Below, in pieces: positions 48,895 through 59,283 of a stretch of 64,000 bases of DNA. The notes beneath the pieces are model-generated. The model did no database searches and had not been told where the DNA came from. It worked only from the letters and a program-made list of their open reading frames with translations. Location: the IMG/VR virus record IMGVR_UViG_3300021255_002694; one strand, written 5' to 3'. Position numbers and translations under genes: made by a program. Each line of letters begins with the position of its first letter. Within the stretch, counting starts at the first letter, position 1. This stretch comes from a virus. Lineage: Duplodnaviria > Caudoviricetes.

Positions 48895-50040
48895 ATGAAA
48901 TTTGATATTTTCAATAATGTAGAAATAAACATACTTGATGCTGAAACTAGAGATATTAAAAAATCATTTTCAACTCATAATAAAGCAACTAGAAATATGG
49001 TTAAGGGTATTATCAGCTTTCTCAGTGGAAATTTTACATATGCACATGTAGTTGAACCTGACGAAACAGACGCAAGAAAATTTATACCGTGTTTTATTGG
49101 ATTTGGCAGCGGCGGTTTTAATGGATATGATTCTGATGGAGTTCCGATAATTGATGAAAATTGGAACGGATTTGTTGACTATAATTCAACAAAATTAGTT
49201 AAAGAGATTCCAAATTCAAGATCAAGGATTCGTAAGATAGATAATACGTTTGTCGATAGTAATACAGGCAAAAAACTTAATAGTGCCGGAGATATGGATT
49301 CAATAATACTACATTGTGAAATCAGTCCAGATGTTCTGAATGCTAAATATCAAGATGAACCTGTATATGTTTCTGAAATAGGTCTTTTCCCAAATTCCGT
49401 TGGAGACAATATGCTTGCATGTGTTAGAACTGATGATTTTAGTATGACACAAGAATATACTGTTACGCATGTATACCCTGGTTCTGAATACGGAGTAGAT
49501 AGATCAATTACGAACAGTCAGTTTATGGTCGGTCTATTTAGACCTACAAATATAATATATAGTATGATTGGTAATATAACATTAAAAAGCGAGTATTCTT
49601 TTTATAGTCCACGAGTTAGATTCCACTTAGATAAAAATAATGATTTAATATCAGAAAACGCATCATCTTGGAGTTCATATAACTCTATACCAGATATTGT
49701 TATAGGACATTTAGACAGATACATAGTGACTATAGATATGGATAAGTTTAGAGAGGCATCACAATTTCCATATGTATTAAAAACAGAAGGAAACTTCAAC
49801 GGGGGTATTATACAAGCTGGCGTATCACAAGAAACAAAGGTGATAACAATACCAGCCCTAATACTTCAACCGAATGATGTTATGTCAATAAAGTGGACAA
49901 TTACAATAGCATCCATCGGACATAACTCTACAATATTTGAAAATAAGGATATAAGAGATGAAACTGGTGATACTATTGATAACAATGTTGATGGCAACAG
50001 TTCACAAATCTCAAAAATTGTTGTGATTGATGATCATTAA
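48895..50040 (+). CDS. tail fibre attachment/baseplate protein (paralogue B)
   Basis: NNVEI...THNKATRNMV.GI; VSEIGLF; IKWTITI. Confidence 0.55.
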   Translation: MKFDIFNNVEINILDAETRDIKKSFSTHNKATRNMVKGIISFLSGNFTYAHVVEPDETDARKFIPCFIGFGSGGFNGYDSDGVPIIDENWNGFVDYNSTKLVKEIPNSRSRIRKIDNTFVDSNTGKKLNSAGDMDSIILHCEISPDVLNAKYQDEPVYVSEIGLFPNSVGDNMLACVRTDDFSMTQEYTVTHVYPGSEYGVDRSITNSQFMVGLFRPTNIIYSMIGNITLKSEYSFYSPRVRFHLDKNNDLISENASSWSSYNSIPDIVIGHLDRYIVTIDMDKFREASQFPYVLKTEGNFNGGIIQAGVSQETKVITIPALILQPNDVMSIKWTITIASIGHNSTIFENKDIRDETGDTIDNNVDGNSSQISKIVVIDDH

Positions 50041-50062
50041 ACCTTATAAGGGGGAATTTTGA

Positions 50063-53000
50063 ATGTTTCAAGATTTAAGTAACACAAGTTTGACGAAAAT
50101 ATCTCCTGAAAGAACAAAAGCAAGTCCGTCTGTTCGTTCTGAAAATGATGGCTCTTTTAATTCAGAAGAAAATTTACGTTGGATTTCAAGAAAGATCACA
50201 TCAAAACCGTACATTGTTGGAAAAGATACAGCCGAGGTTAATAATTCTCTGAAACCTAGCGTATCCGCATTCGGAATGTACATAGGCAAGGGAATGTTTG
50301 ATATTGATGGATATTTGTTCAAAGTTGAGGGTGGAAATGAACAAATTTCATATGATGCTGACAGTAGTAATGCCGCTCCATTTGTTCTTGATACACAGTA
50401 TGTTCAACGCTTTGTTGGTGACATGATAAGATACGGAGATCAGAATAAAGAAATTCGTTGTGAATATTCTGATTTTTGTTTCAGTGAATACGATCCAGGA
50501 AATCAAAACAATGATACGTCTGATGTGAAAGATTTGTGGGAAACAGCGCTTGCAGAACATAATGTTATTGGATTTGTTCGTATTGTCTACAGCAGTGAGT
50601 ATCTATCACAACTTGATAACAGCGGACATGGTACGATATGGTATAAAGATTCAAATGGTAATATTATTGGAAGTCTTGCTGTTAGAAATTCAATAAGTTC
50701 ATCGTACATGACACCCGATGAAATTAGAACAAGCATTTTTAATGATGGTGTTGATCAGTATACATCAATATGTAATGAATTTAATAATGAATTGCATACA
50801 TATTATCCAGTATATGTTGAAACAGATGATAATGATTCAGCCGTTATTGTGTTTACAGATGTATTTGGATTTACATGGCAACATGCCGTGAGAAAATTTA
50901 GCACAAGCACATACCCGAGTACAGTTTCAAATCTAATTGATATGGATGCATCATCTGTTGGCGCTCAGAATCCGTTTAATGGTGTATCACAATTTCAGTG
51001 TAAATTGGACACATATCCAAATAATAGATATATGTATAATATGCTATATGATTCAGGAAGTTCATACATCAGAAAAACAAGCGGAGTAAGTGGATCAATA
51101 CAATCAATCATGCGTACATTTTCACATGTTCAAAAGTTTAGAATAAGTGATCTTCATTTGTCTGTTTCAGATCAAATAATTCCATCTATCGAGAACAATC
51201 TTTCTTATTATTGCATTACAAACATACCTGATGAAATGAAACTAACAAATGGTGTATATACAAGACCTGTTGCATTATTTACATCAGAGGGAAGTTTATG
51301 TACTGATGGACTAATTACAGGACTTAGTACAAATTATGCATATGATGGAACAGGTAGTTCTATTGAATCATATGTACACTTTATTAAACGTCAGTATTTG
51401 AATGAAACACAGGGACAGTGGAGTGAAGATGCCATAAAAGGCGTAACAAGAGAACAAGTAGTTAATTGGAATGGATTTTCTACTTTTTACAATACATACA
51501 TTGCTCCTGCAATGTCTGAATATCTTAATCTGTGTTATTATTCACTGATGGAGAATGTATTTTACGGAACAGCATCAACTGATTCTAAAAATATAAAGAT
51601 GCATAATTCCGGAAAGTATATACAGAATATCACAGGAGCAACCGCAAACGAATTTTCAACTGATTATACATTTAACGCAACAAAACATAGAAATGGAAGT
51701 GCTACTCCGGAACAGGTACAGAAAACACTTCGTTTTGAATCAGATACAACATCTGATAAATACAAAACAAGATTGTTTGTCGATAGAAATTCTGGAAGTG
51801 TACCACTTCTTAATGGATTAACATACTACAGACAGTATGCATTTGATTCTGAAAACTCTGATATGCAGTTAATGCTAGAGGACCCACTCCTATTTTTGAG
51901 ACATTGCGTTGGAAGTGCGTTCGGTGTATCAAACATGAATTTACTACTTCCGGACAACAGCGTAGCTACTATAGGCGGAAATGTTCAAGTTGATGATTAT
52001 TTTGCACCAAAGAGACAGACTATTGACGATACATGCTTTGAACTATCAACATACAATTCAATTCTAAGATCAAACGGTACAATAACAAGTTCTGTTGCAT
52101 CATCACTTAGTTACAGTTTTTATAGAAACACATGGGAAATGCGTATCCCTACAACTATATCAATAAATAAAGAAAGTCTTAACTATTTGTGCGGCAGAGA
52201 TTATGATGATCCGACTAAGTATGATGGTTTTACATTTGGATTTAAGATGCCACATGAAGTCAAAGATTCTGAATTATATGTTTTTGATACACTTATATCC
52301 ACATGTAGACAGGGTGAATCTTACGATGTTGAGCAATCAAGTAGATTGCCGTTCTATGCATCTGAAAAAATACGCATAAAGAGAGAAGCCTTTATTCACA
52401 CAAGCAAGATTTATGGTGACGATAACAAGGATTTCAATAATACTGTAAAAGGAATTGCAAATGATCTAATATCTGAATCTCTTGATGGATACGATCTATC
52501 CGATTTTCCAAAGACTGAGGATGCCTTAATAGATCATATTGATTACGGACCAAAAAATCAGATTCAAATTGTTGGAAATCCGAACATGCCGTGTGCATTA
52601 AATACTCAGTATAAACCAAATACAAATTCAAATGTTGTATTTAGATATTACAGAGATAGTTCAACATATCCATATGTTGATAAAATACAAGTATACCTTG
52701 ACTCTGGAACAGTTGCAACAGCCACATCTGAATTTATATTTAAGTTTTATTGTTCAGGCGGAGAATTGAGACTTGTTGGTTGTCCGTCAGGTGGAAGTGT
52801 AAATACGTTTTACGCAGCAATAATGAATCAACCAACAACTGCTAATGTCATTACAGATACAGGTAGTAGCGAGAACGTAGTTACGAGAATACTAACTCCA
52901 AAAGAAATGTACTATGGAATAACAGTAAAAGCTGGATGTGAAGTTCCATCGGATACCGGATTACTGTTTGTTCCAATGCTTTGTTCTGATAAAGCATATG

Positions 53001-54454
53001 CTTTGACAAATAAACATGTTGCATACACAGACAGCGTAGCATCTCTCAAAAACGATATTGATGCGATAGATGACTACATTGATTCGATGGATAAAACGCT
53101 GATAAGTACAATAAATAGACCAGCAAAGAACTTCTTGTGCAGATACAATGGAACAGATCAAGGATACATGCTTATAAAAACACGAGAACCACTTGATAAA
53201 AATGATGGTTATGTTATACATTTTGACAATCTTGAAACAGATGACAGCCAATCAACAATCGGATATGCCTTATATAATGAGAACATGGAAATATTACGCT
53301 ATGGATCATTTAGCAAGTCATCACAGAATAAAACCATAGTGTTAAATGAAAATACTATATTTAATGAACTTGCAAACCCACAAACAGTCTCATATGTTCG
53401 AGTTGGTAATGGTTGGTCTAGTACATATACTCCAATCAGTTCTGTTACTGTTACAAATGCTATGATGTGCAAATTATCTGAGTGGGATATTACAAATAAG
53501 TATGTTGAAGGAATTGGCGATATTACTGATAGCCTGATATCTCTATGCGATAGATGTACAAAGAACCTGATTACATCAACATCATTCCCATCTTTCTCAT
53601 ATTCATATGAACCTGTTGTTGATATTAGAACAGAGGGTATTTTACCTATTGATGACTATGTTCTATCTTTCGGATATGCTTCATTTAGTGGAAGTATATG
53701 CCTTGTAGATTCATATGGAAATGAATCTGCTGAATGTTCACATGCATTAGATCAAGAACGTAATACTGTTATATATTTCAACAAGGATTCTCTTGTCAGT
53801 GAAAATCTTACTAATATTAGATATGTGAGATTTAAGTTTACAAGTACACCAACATCATCATCATTTTCACGTTGTATGCTATGTAAAAAATCAGATTGGA
53901 TAATATCGGAACAGTTTGAACAAAGTGTTTCTGGATTATCGCTTGAAAGATATCTGGCTGAGATGGAAAAATTAAATAGTACACTGGCACTGATGATAGA
54001 TTCATCAAGTAAAAATCTGTATAGCGGAACTGATATTGATGAAACAAATGTAAATTACGTTGAAATAGACATAACAGAGGTTACAGAGTCCGTGAGCGCT
54101 ATATCTACACCATTCGTACTGAGCATTGGAAACATATCATCAAGTGAATCTGGAAATGCATTTAACTATTACATTGACTATACTCCGCAAGTTGGAGATA
54201 GTTATACAGATGGTCCATTTTCACTTATCCGTGATGATTCCGGTCATGCTTCATCTATATTTACAATAAGTTCAAGTAACGTACAAGCAAAGATCAGACT
54301 ATATTTAAGCGAAAATGAAGAAGCAGTTGGTGATATATCTTGTACAAATATAATGATATGTTACGATAAATATTATAACATATCTAGTCAATATGTTACA
54401 TATTCACCATCTAACGCAAAACTGTATAAAATGATACAAGAGTTAAATCCGTAA
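50063..54454 (+). CDS. large tail fibre/receptor-binding protein with four C-terminal repeated modules
   Basis: 1463 aa at the end of the baseplate cluster; repeats KN(L/F/Q)...M(L/M/I)C. Confidence 0.65.
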   Translation: MFQDLSNTSLTKISPERTKASPSVRSENDGSFNSEENLRWISRKITSKPYIVGKDTAEVNNSLKPSVSAFGMYIGKGMFDIDGYLFKVEGGNEQISYDADSSNAAPFVLDTQYVQRFVGDMIRYGDQNKEIRCEYSDFCFSEYDPGNQNNDTSDVKDLWETALAEHNVIGFVRIVYSSEYLSQLDNSGHGTIWYKDSNGNIIGSLAVRNSISSSYMTPDEIRTSIFNDGVDQYTSICNEFNNELHTYYPVYVETDDNDSAVIVFTDVFGFTWQHAVRKFSTSTYPSTVSNLIDMDASSVGAQNPFNGVSQFQCKLDTYPNNRYMYNMLYDSGSSYIRKTSGVSGSIQSIMRTFSHVQKFRISDLHLSVSDQIIPSIENNLSYYCITNIPDEMKLTNGVYTRPVALFTSEGSLCTDGLITGLSTNYAYDGTGSSIESYVHFIKRQYLNETQGQWSEDAIKGVTREQVVNWNGFSTFYNTYIAPAMSEYLNLCYYSLMENVFYGTASTDSKNIKMHNSGKYIQNITGATANEFSTDYTFNATKHRNGSATPEQVQKTLRFESDTTSDKYKTRLFVDRNSGSVPLLNGLTYYRQYAFDSENSDMQLMLEDPLLFLRHCVGSAFGVSNMNLLLPDNSVATIGGNVQVDDYFAPKRQTIDDTCFELSTYNSILRSNGTITSSVASSLSYSFYRNTWEMRIPTTISINKESLNYLCGRDYDDPTKYDGFTFGFKMPHEVKDSELYVFDTLISTCRQGESYDVEQSSRLPFYASEKIRIKREAFIHTSKIYGDDNKDFNNTVKGIANDLISESLDGYDLSDFPKTEDALIDHIDYGPKNQIQIVGNPNMPCALNTQYKPNTNSNVVFRYYRDSSTYPYVDKIQVYLDSGTVATATSEFIFKFYCSGGELRLVGCPSGGSVNTFYAAIMNQPTTANVITDTGSSENVVTRILTPKEMYYGITVKAGCEVPSDTGLLFVPMLCSDKAYALTNKHVAYTDSVASLKNDIDAIDDYIDSMDKTLISTINRPAKNFLCRYNGTDQGYMLIKTREPLDKNDGYVIHFDNLETDDSQSTIGYALYNENMEILRYGSFSKSSQNKTIVLNENTIFNELANPQTVSYVRVGNGWSSTYTPISSVTVTNAMMCKLSEWDITNKYVEGIGDITDSLISLCDRCTKNLITSTSFPSFSYSYEPVVDIRTEGILPIDDYVLSFGYASFSGSICLVDSYGNESAECSHALDQERNTVIYFNKDSLVSENLTNIRYVRFKFTSTPTSSSFSRCMLCKKSDWIISEQFEQSVSGLSLERYLAEMEKLNSTLALMIDSSSKNLYSGTDIDETNVNYVEIDITEVTESVSAISTPFVLSIGNISSSESGNAFNYYIDYTPQVGDSYTDGPFSLIRDDSGHASSIFTISSSNVQAKIRLYLSENEEAVGDISCTNIMICYDKYYNISSQYVTYSPSNAKLYKMIQELNP

Positions 54455-54463
54455 TATCTACCT

Positions 54464-54511
54464 AATAGGGTTACAAAATGAGACATTAGTGTTAAATTTT
54501 GTAACCCTATT
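54464..54511. repeat. 16-bp perfect inverted repeat related to the one at 9788
   Basis: AATAGGGTTACAAAAT/ATTTTGTAACCCTATT. Confidence 0.75.
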
Positions 54512-54537
54512 TCTTATCGAAAAACGATAAATCCCGT

Positions 54538-54720
54538 GTTACAAAATGTAACTTTAATATATTATATATATATTATTCTTATATTTTTATTATATAATAC
54601 ATAGTATATTATAATATAATAAATACTAAATGTAATATAAATATAAGATATTGTATAATATATACAAATTATAGTATTTTCTAATATTGGATTTTTTACT
54701 GAAAAAATTTTCAAAACTAC
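54538..54720. other. extremely AT-rich non-coding tract, candidate replication origin
   Basis: TA-rich run preceded by GTTACAAAAT copies. Confidence 0.4.
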
Positions 54721-54749
54721 TTGACATATTAGCCCGAATGTGTTATACT
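54721..54749 (+). promoter_or_regulatory. sigma70/sigmaA early promoter
   Basis: TTGACA-N17-TATACT; shares AATGTGTTATACTATATTT with the 11879 promoter. Confidence 0.85.
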
Positions 54750-54798
54750 ATATTTACAAGATCAACCGAACCATATACTTGAAAGTGAGGTAAATAGT

Positions 54799-55692
54799 AT
54801 GCGACAAGCAACGTGGGTAAACATTGGAACTGATGTCAGAGATTGTGAGAATGATATTTCGAGAGTTCTTACAAAATCTGGCTTGGATTACACAGTATCT
54901 AAGTCCGATATTCTTCTTCCTGATGGTAAAATCATTCCTGATAAGGTTGCAACGGTAAAAGACGATGGAACATATATCGGAGTAGTATCACCGTCATATG
55001 AACTCTATCAGAATAGAGAAGCCTTTGAATTTGTTGCCGATATTCCGGATATTCAGATCGTAAAAGCCGGAGAAACGCACAATGGTCTTGTTTACATGAT
55101 CGGTAAACTTCCGGAAACCAAGGTTCTTGATGATACGTTTGAGCCTTATGTAATCATTCAAACATCTCACAACGGAATGTTTAATGTCAAAGCTACAATT
55201 TCTCCGCTGAGATTTGTGTGTCAGAATCAGTTTGCATGGACTTTTAAGCATATCCGAAATACTGTTAATATCAGGCATAGCCGTGTTCTTCCTAACAAGA
55301 TCGCACAAGCACAAACGCTTATCCGTGATACAGCAATTTATATGGAAGGATTTACAAACACAGCAGAAGAACTTGCACTTCTGAAAATCGACGGCAAGAA
55401 AACTATTTATGAAATCATGGATGCTTTCTTTGAATCAACGAAGAAGATCACAGAAAGACAGCAGAAAGCACTTGCTATCAACAAACAGTTTTTCATGGAG
55501 TGCTATGATGCTGATGATAATTCTGATTATCGTGGCACTGTTTGGGGACTTGCGAATGCAATGACAGATTACATTACACACAAGAAACATAAGAATACTA
55601 CTCATGCAAATGACAACGCTTTCATGCGTGTTACATTCGATACAGAAGCACTTAACCGTTTTATTGAAGTTGCAACAGCGTTTGCACGATAA
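54799..55692 (+). CDS. DUF932/DUF945 family protein
   Basis: GLDYTV, GVVS..Y...QN.EAF, SHNG, RFVCQN, RH, GTVWGLANA. Confidence 0.85.
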   Translation: MRQATWVNIGTDVRDCENDISRVLTKSGLDYTVSKSDILLPDGKIIPDKVATVKDDGTYIGVVSPSYELYQNREAFEFVADIPDIQIVKAGETHNGLVYMIGKLPETKVLDDTFEPYVIIQTSHNGMFNVKATISPLRFVCQNQFAWTFKHIRNTVNIRHSRVLPNKIAQAQTLIRDTAIYMEGFTNTAEELALLKIDGKKTIYEIMDAFFESTKKITERQQKALAINKQFFMECYDADDNSDYRGTVWGLANAMTDYITHKKHKNTTHANDNAFMRVTFDTEALNRFIEVATAFAR

Positions 55693-55698
55693 TTTAAT

Positions 55699-55739
55699 TG
55701 CTCTTTCCGGTTAAGTTAAATCGGAAAGAGCATATTTAA
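55699..55739 (+). terminator. probable terminator
   Basis: TGCTCTTTCCG/CGGAAAGAGCA. Confidence 0.65.
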
Positions 55740-55772
55740 TTTGTAAATATATAAAATTAAATCGAAAAATAC

Positions 55773-55801
55773 TTGACTTTTCTCTCTGTTTGTGTTATAC
55801 T
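55773..55801 (+). promoter_or_regulatory. sigma70/sigmaA promoter
   Basis: TTGACT-N17-TATACT with TG. Confidence 0.8.
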
Positions 55802-55855
55802 ATGTTTAGAAAATAGAACATCTATATACATGATTTTACAGAGAGGTGTTAAGAT

Positions 55856-57658
55856 TTGGTAGACATACATATAAAAAACGGAGAAATATTTGTAAAATCA
55901 GAATATGATCGTAACATCGTCACTTTTATGAGAAGTAGACCAAAAAGATTCTGGAATACAACAACAAGAGAGTGGAAACTTCCTGAATCTGATCTTGATT
56001 TACTTATTGCATCATTAAGTGATTATGAATATAATATACGTTACGATGATGATAGTAATAGTTTGAATCATGATTCAAAAAATAATACAAATATTTCAAA
56101 TAGTATACCGGATTGGTATGAATTTAAGACAAAACCATTTCAGCATCAAATTGATGGCGTTAATTATGGGCTACAGCATCCAAAGTTTTTGTTGGCTGAT
56201 GAACAGGGACTTGGAAAATCGAAAACCATGCTTGATTTATCACAAATTCTAAAGAAAGAATCAAATATCAAGCATACACTTATAATCGCGTGTGTAAACA
56301 GTTTGAAATATAACTGGCAAGCAGAGGTTGAAAAACATACAAATGATAAAGGATATATATTAGGAACAAGATTCTTAAAGAATGGTAGAGAGATTATAGG
56401 TAGTAATGAAGATCGTTTATCTGATATAAAAGACATCGGCAGTGGCGGACAAATAGACGATTATTATTATATAATCACAAATATAGAAACATTACGATAC
56501 AATAAGTCAATTAAAGTTCCTATGAAAACAAAGAAAAATGGTGTTCAGAGGTTCAAGAAACAGACTGTTTTTCCTATTGTTGAAGCCTTGCAAGAACAAA
56601 TTGATGCAGGAAACATCAATATGATTATTGCTGATGAAATTCATAAATGTAAATCGGAGAACAGCTTACAGGGAAGGGCATTACTTGCACTTGACTGTGA
56701 TTATAAAGCAGCCCTAACAGGAACACCTGTCATGAATCAGCCTATTGATCTCTATACAGTATTGAATTGGCTTGGATTTGAAGAACATAGTGCATTTGCA
56801 TTTAAGAAACATTACTGTATAATGGGTGGATTTGGACAACATCAAATTGTCGGATATAAAAATTTACCAGAGTTACAGTCGATATTAGATAAGTGTATGT
56901 TACGGAGACTTAAATCAGATGTTCTTGATCTACCAGAAAAAATATACATAAATGATTATGTTGAAATGACCAAAGCGCAGATAAAACTATACGATGAAGT
57001 CAGAAATAATCTTATTGAAAATATAGATAAGATAAAACTAAGTCCGAATCCTCTTGTTCAACTCATTCGATTGCGACAAGTTACAGGAAATCCAAGTATT
57101 CTATCATCATCCATAAATGACAACCCAAAGTTCAGTAGAATGTGTGAGATTATAGAAGATGCAATAGAAAATGGTGGAAAGGTTTTGGTTTTTAGTAACT
57201 GGACAGATGTTATTGAACCAGCATACGAACTTGTAAAGTCAATGAAGTATAAGAAAGACGGAAAAGATAAACGATACAATCCGGCAATATATACTGGACA
57301 GAATAAAGATGTTAGAGAACAAGAAAAAGATCGGTTTATGACTGATCCAGATTGCAAAGTTCTTCTTGGAACAATGGGTGCGATGGGAACAGGACTTACT
57401 CTAACAGCAGCAAATACTGTTATCTTCTTAGATGAACCTTGGAATCGTGCAATAAAAGATCAATGTGAGGACAGAGTTCACAGAATAGGTACAAAAGAAT
57501 CACCAAACATAATAACAATTATGTGCAAAGGAACCATAGATGAGAGAATAAATGATCTCGTTTATAAGAAAGGAAAGATGTCAGATGTTTTAATTGACAA
57601 GGAAGAAGATATGACACGAAATCCTAAGATAGTGAATTATCTACTATCATTAGACTAA
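55856..57658 (+). CDS. SNF2-family helicase with HARP-like N-terminus
   Basis: LLADEQGLGKS, DEIH, LTGTP, GTGLTL, QCEDRVHRIG. Confidence 0.92.
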   Translation: MVDIHIKNGEIFVKSEYDRNIVTFMRSRPKRFWNTTTREWKLPESDLDLLIASLSDYEYNIRYDDDSNSLNHDSKNNTNISNSIPDWYEFKTKPFQHQIDGVNYGLQHPKFLLADEQGLGKSKTMLDLSQILKKESNIKHTLIIACVNSLKYNWQAEVEKHTNDKGYILGTRFLKNGREIIGSNEDRLSDIKDIGSGGQIDDYYYIITNIETLRYNKSIKVPMKTKKNGVQRFKKQTVFPIVEALQEQIDAGNINMIIADEIHKCKSENSLQGRALLALDCDYKAALTGTPVMNQPIDLYTVLNWLGFEEHSAFAFKKHYCIMGGFGQHQIVGYKNLPELQSILDKCMLRRLKSDVLDLPEKIYINDYVEMTKAQIKLYDEVRNNLIENIDKIKLSPNPLVQLIRLRQVTGNPSILSSSINDNPKFSRMCEIIEDAIENGGKVLVFSNWTDVIEPAYELVKSMKYKKDGKDKRYNPAIYTGQNKDVREQEKDRFMTDPDCKVLLGTMGAMGTGLTLTAANTVIFLDEPWNRAIKDQCEDRVHRIGTKESPNIITIMCKGTIDERINDLVYKKGKMSDVLIDKEEDMTRNPKIVNYLLSLD

Positions 57659-57686
57659 AATATAATAAGTACGGGGGTAAACTATC

Positions 57687-58001
57687 ATGAAAACAAGCAA
57701 AGTTAATCCAAATTATTTGTCAGCTAGTAAGGTGGCAAATATCCTAGATGTGTCTGTTAAGACACTAACAAATTGGTATAAGTGGTACTATGATGATACG
57801 ATTGAGAAGGACTATGATTTTCCAAAGTTGCCTGATTATATTCAGGAGTACACAAATGGTCCTAGATATTGGACACTTTCGGATATTCCGATGCTAAAGA
57901 AATTTCAGGAGTGGGTTCCGAGAGGTCGAAATGGTGTAATGGGTAAAATTTCAGAAAAATATACATCTAAATATTGGAAGGATAAAAAAGAAAATGAGTA
58001 A
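57687..58001 (+). CDS. MerR/excisionase-like HTH DNA-binding protein
   Basis: SASKVANILDVSVKTLTNW...RYW. Confidence 0.7.
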   Translation: MKTSKVNPNYLSASKVANILDVSVKTLTNWYKWYYDDTIEKDYDFPKLPDYIQEYTNGPRYWTLSDIPMLKKFQEWVPRGRNGVMGKISEKYTSKYWKDKKENE

Positions 58002-58419
58002 AACAGATCAAATTATTTTAACAGATGCAGAGAAAGTTCAGCTTGATGAATTGTCACGGCAGTATGCTGACGTTTGTGATCAGTTCAACGCAATCAAAGC
58101 TAAAAAGGATGCTTTGAACGGCGTTATTAAGAGTATGTTTGATTCGTATGGAATTAGTAAATATATTTCATCTGATGATGTATCTCTATCTGTAAGTGTC
58201 AAGCATAATGTATCATTTGATACAGATAAACTTCTGTCATTCTGTAAAGAACTTAATATTGACGGTCTTGTGAAAACACAGGAATATGTTGATATGGATG
58301 AACTTGAATCTGCTTTATACAGAGACAAAGAGCTAAAAGAGTCTGTTGGAAAACTAAAAATTGTAAAGCCGGATACGGTAACTTTGAGATGTACCAGAAA
58401 ACAGACTTTGAATGAGTGA
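57994..58419 (+). CDS. hypothetical coiled-coil protein (weakly Gam-like)
   Basis: N-terminal coil; VKTQEYVDMDEL. Confidence 0.45.
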   Translation: MSKTDQIILTDAEKVQLDELSRQYADVCDQFNAIKAKKDALNGVIKSMFDSYGISKYISSDDVSLSVSVKHNVSFDTDKLLSFCKELNIDGLVKTQEYVDMDELESALYRDKELKESVGKLKIVKPDTVTLRCTRKQTLNE

Positions 58420-58463
58420 TTTTGTTAAATGACAAACAGATTTACAAAATTTCAAAAAACCTA

Positions 58464-58492
58464 TTGACTTTTCAATCCATTCTTGATATAAT
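58464..58492 (+). promoter_or_regulatory. sigma70/sigmaA promoter of replication operon
   Basis: TTGACT-N17-TATAAT with TG. Confidence 0.8.
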
Positions 58493-58497
58493 GTAGG

Positions 58498-58700
58498 CAA
58501 GTTAAGAAAAACCACTTCACTTGCTGGAAAAGTTGATAGAGGTCATATAAATGGTTGAACATGGGCAATCGTCACCTACAATGTTACAAAATTATGTGTG
58601 TGCGGATGTGCATACTATGACGAATGTACCATATCAATAATATATTGAACTGTCGCTTGATAGAATTTCCAGCATTCTATTGAGCGGCAGTTCTTTATTT
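58498..58700 (+). ncRNA. putative structured leader RNA/attenuator ending in a terminator hairpin
   Basis: 20-bp stem 58647-58693 with three G-U pairs plus T tract; loop complementary to 58522-58530. Confidence 0.5.
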
Positions 58701-58722
58701 AGTGAAAGAGAGGGAGATACAT

Positions 58723-59250
58723 ATGCCGCAAGGTATTTATGAAGAATTAAGACGTCAGCCCGTAGATGATGTTAAAAAGAAATGGATGGAATCATATATT
58801 GCAGAGGAAGAAGCACGGCAAGCTGAGATCATTCGTCAGCTAAAGATAGGCGGATCAGAAGAATATAATAATAAGATTTCTTTATTTCCACTTGGTCTGA
58901 TTCCAAGTCCTGTACGTATTCCGGCATGGATGTTTAGAAAATATCCTCACAATCCGGATTTTGAACTAGATGATATTGAAAAGGTAGCTATGGCACATGT
59001 TATTCATTTTACTAACTGTGCGAATCCTACCGGATATATTGAGTGTAGCGGAAATATTGAAAATTGGTGTAAGTGTTCTGTAGAGGAAGCACATAATGCG
59101 CTAAAGAGACTTGTAAAAAAGAATCTTATAACACAACATGTGCTTGATCCACAATATTGTGACGGACATAAAAGAAATCTTGGTTATTTCGTAAATATTG
59201 ATTATGTGCATACGATTTTAAACCTTTACAAGATGGATATTTGGACATAA
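58723..59250 (+). CDS. winged-HTH protein
   Basis: GGGAG SD; IENWCKCSVEEAHNALKRLVKKNLI. Confidence 0.6.
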   Translation: MPQGIYEELRRQPVDDVKKKWMESYIAEEEARQAEIIRQLKIGGSEEYNNKISLFPLGLIPSPVRIPAWMFRKYPHNPDFELDDIEKVAMAHVIHFTNCANPTGYIECSGNIENWCKCSVEEAHNALKRLVKKNLITQHVLDPQYCDGHKRNLGYFVNIDYVHTILNLYKMDIWT

Positions 59251-59283
59251 CAAGCACTATAATTATTCCGGAGGTGATGCACC

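Noticed and set aside
50063-54454. Diversity-generating retroelement target
   Set aside because: No reverse transcriptase or template/variable repeat pair visible in the window; the repeats are divergent at protein level only
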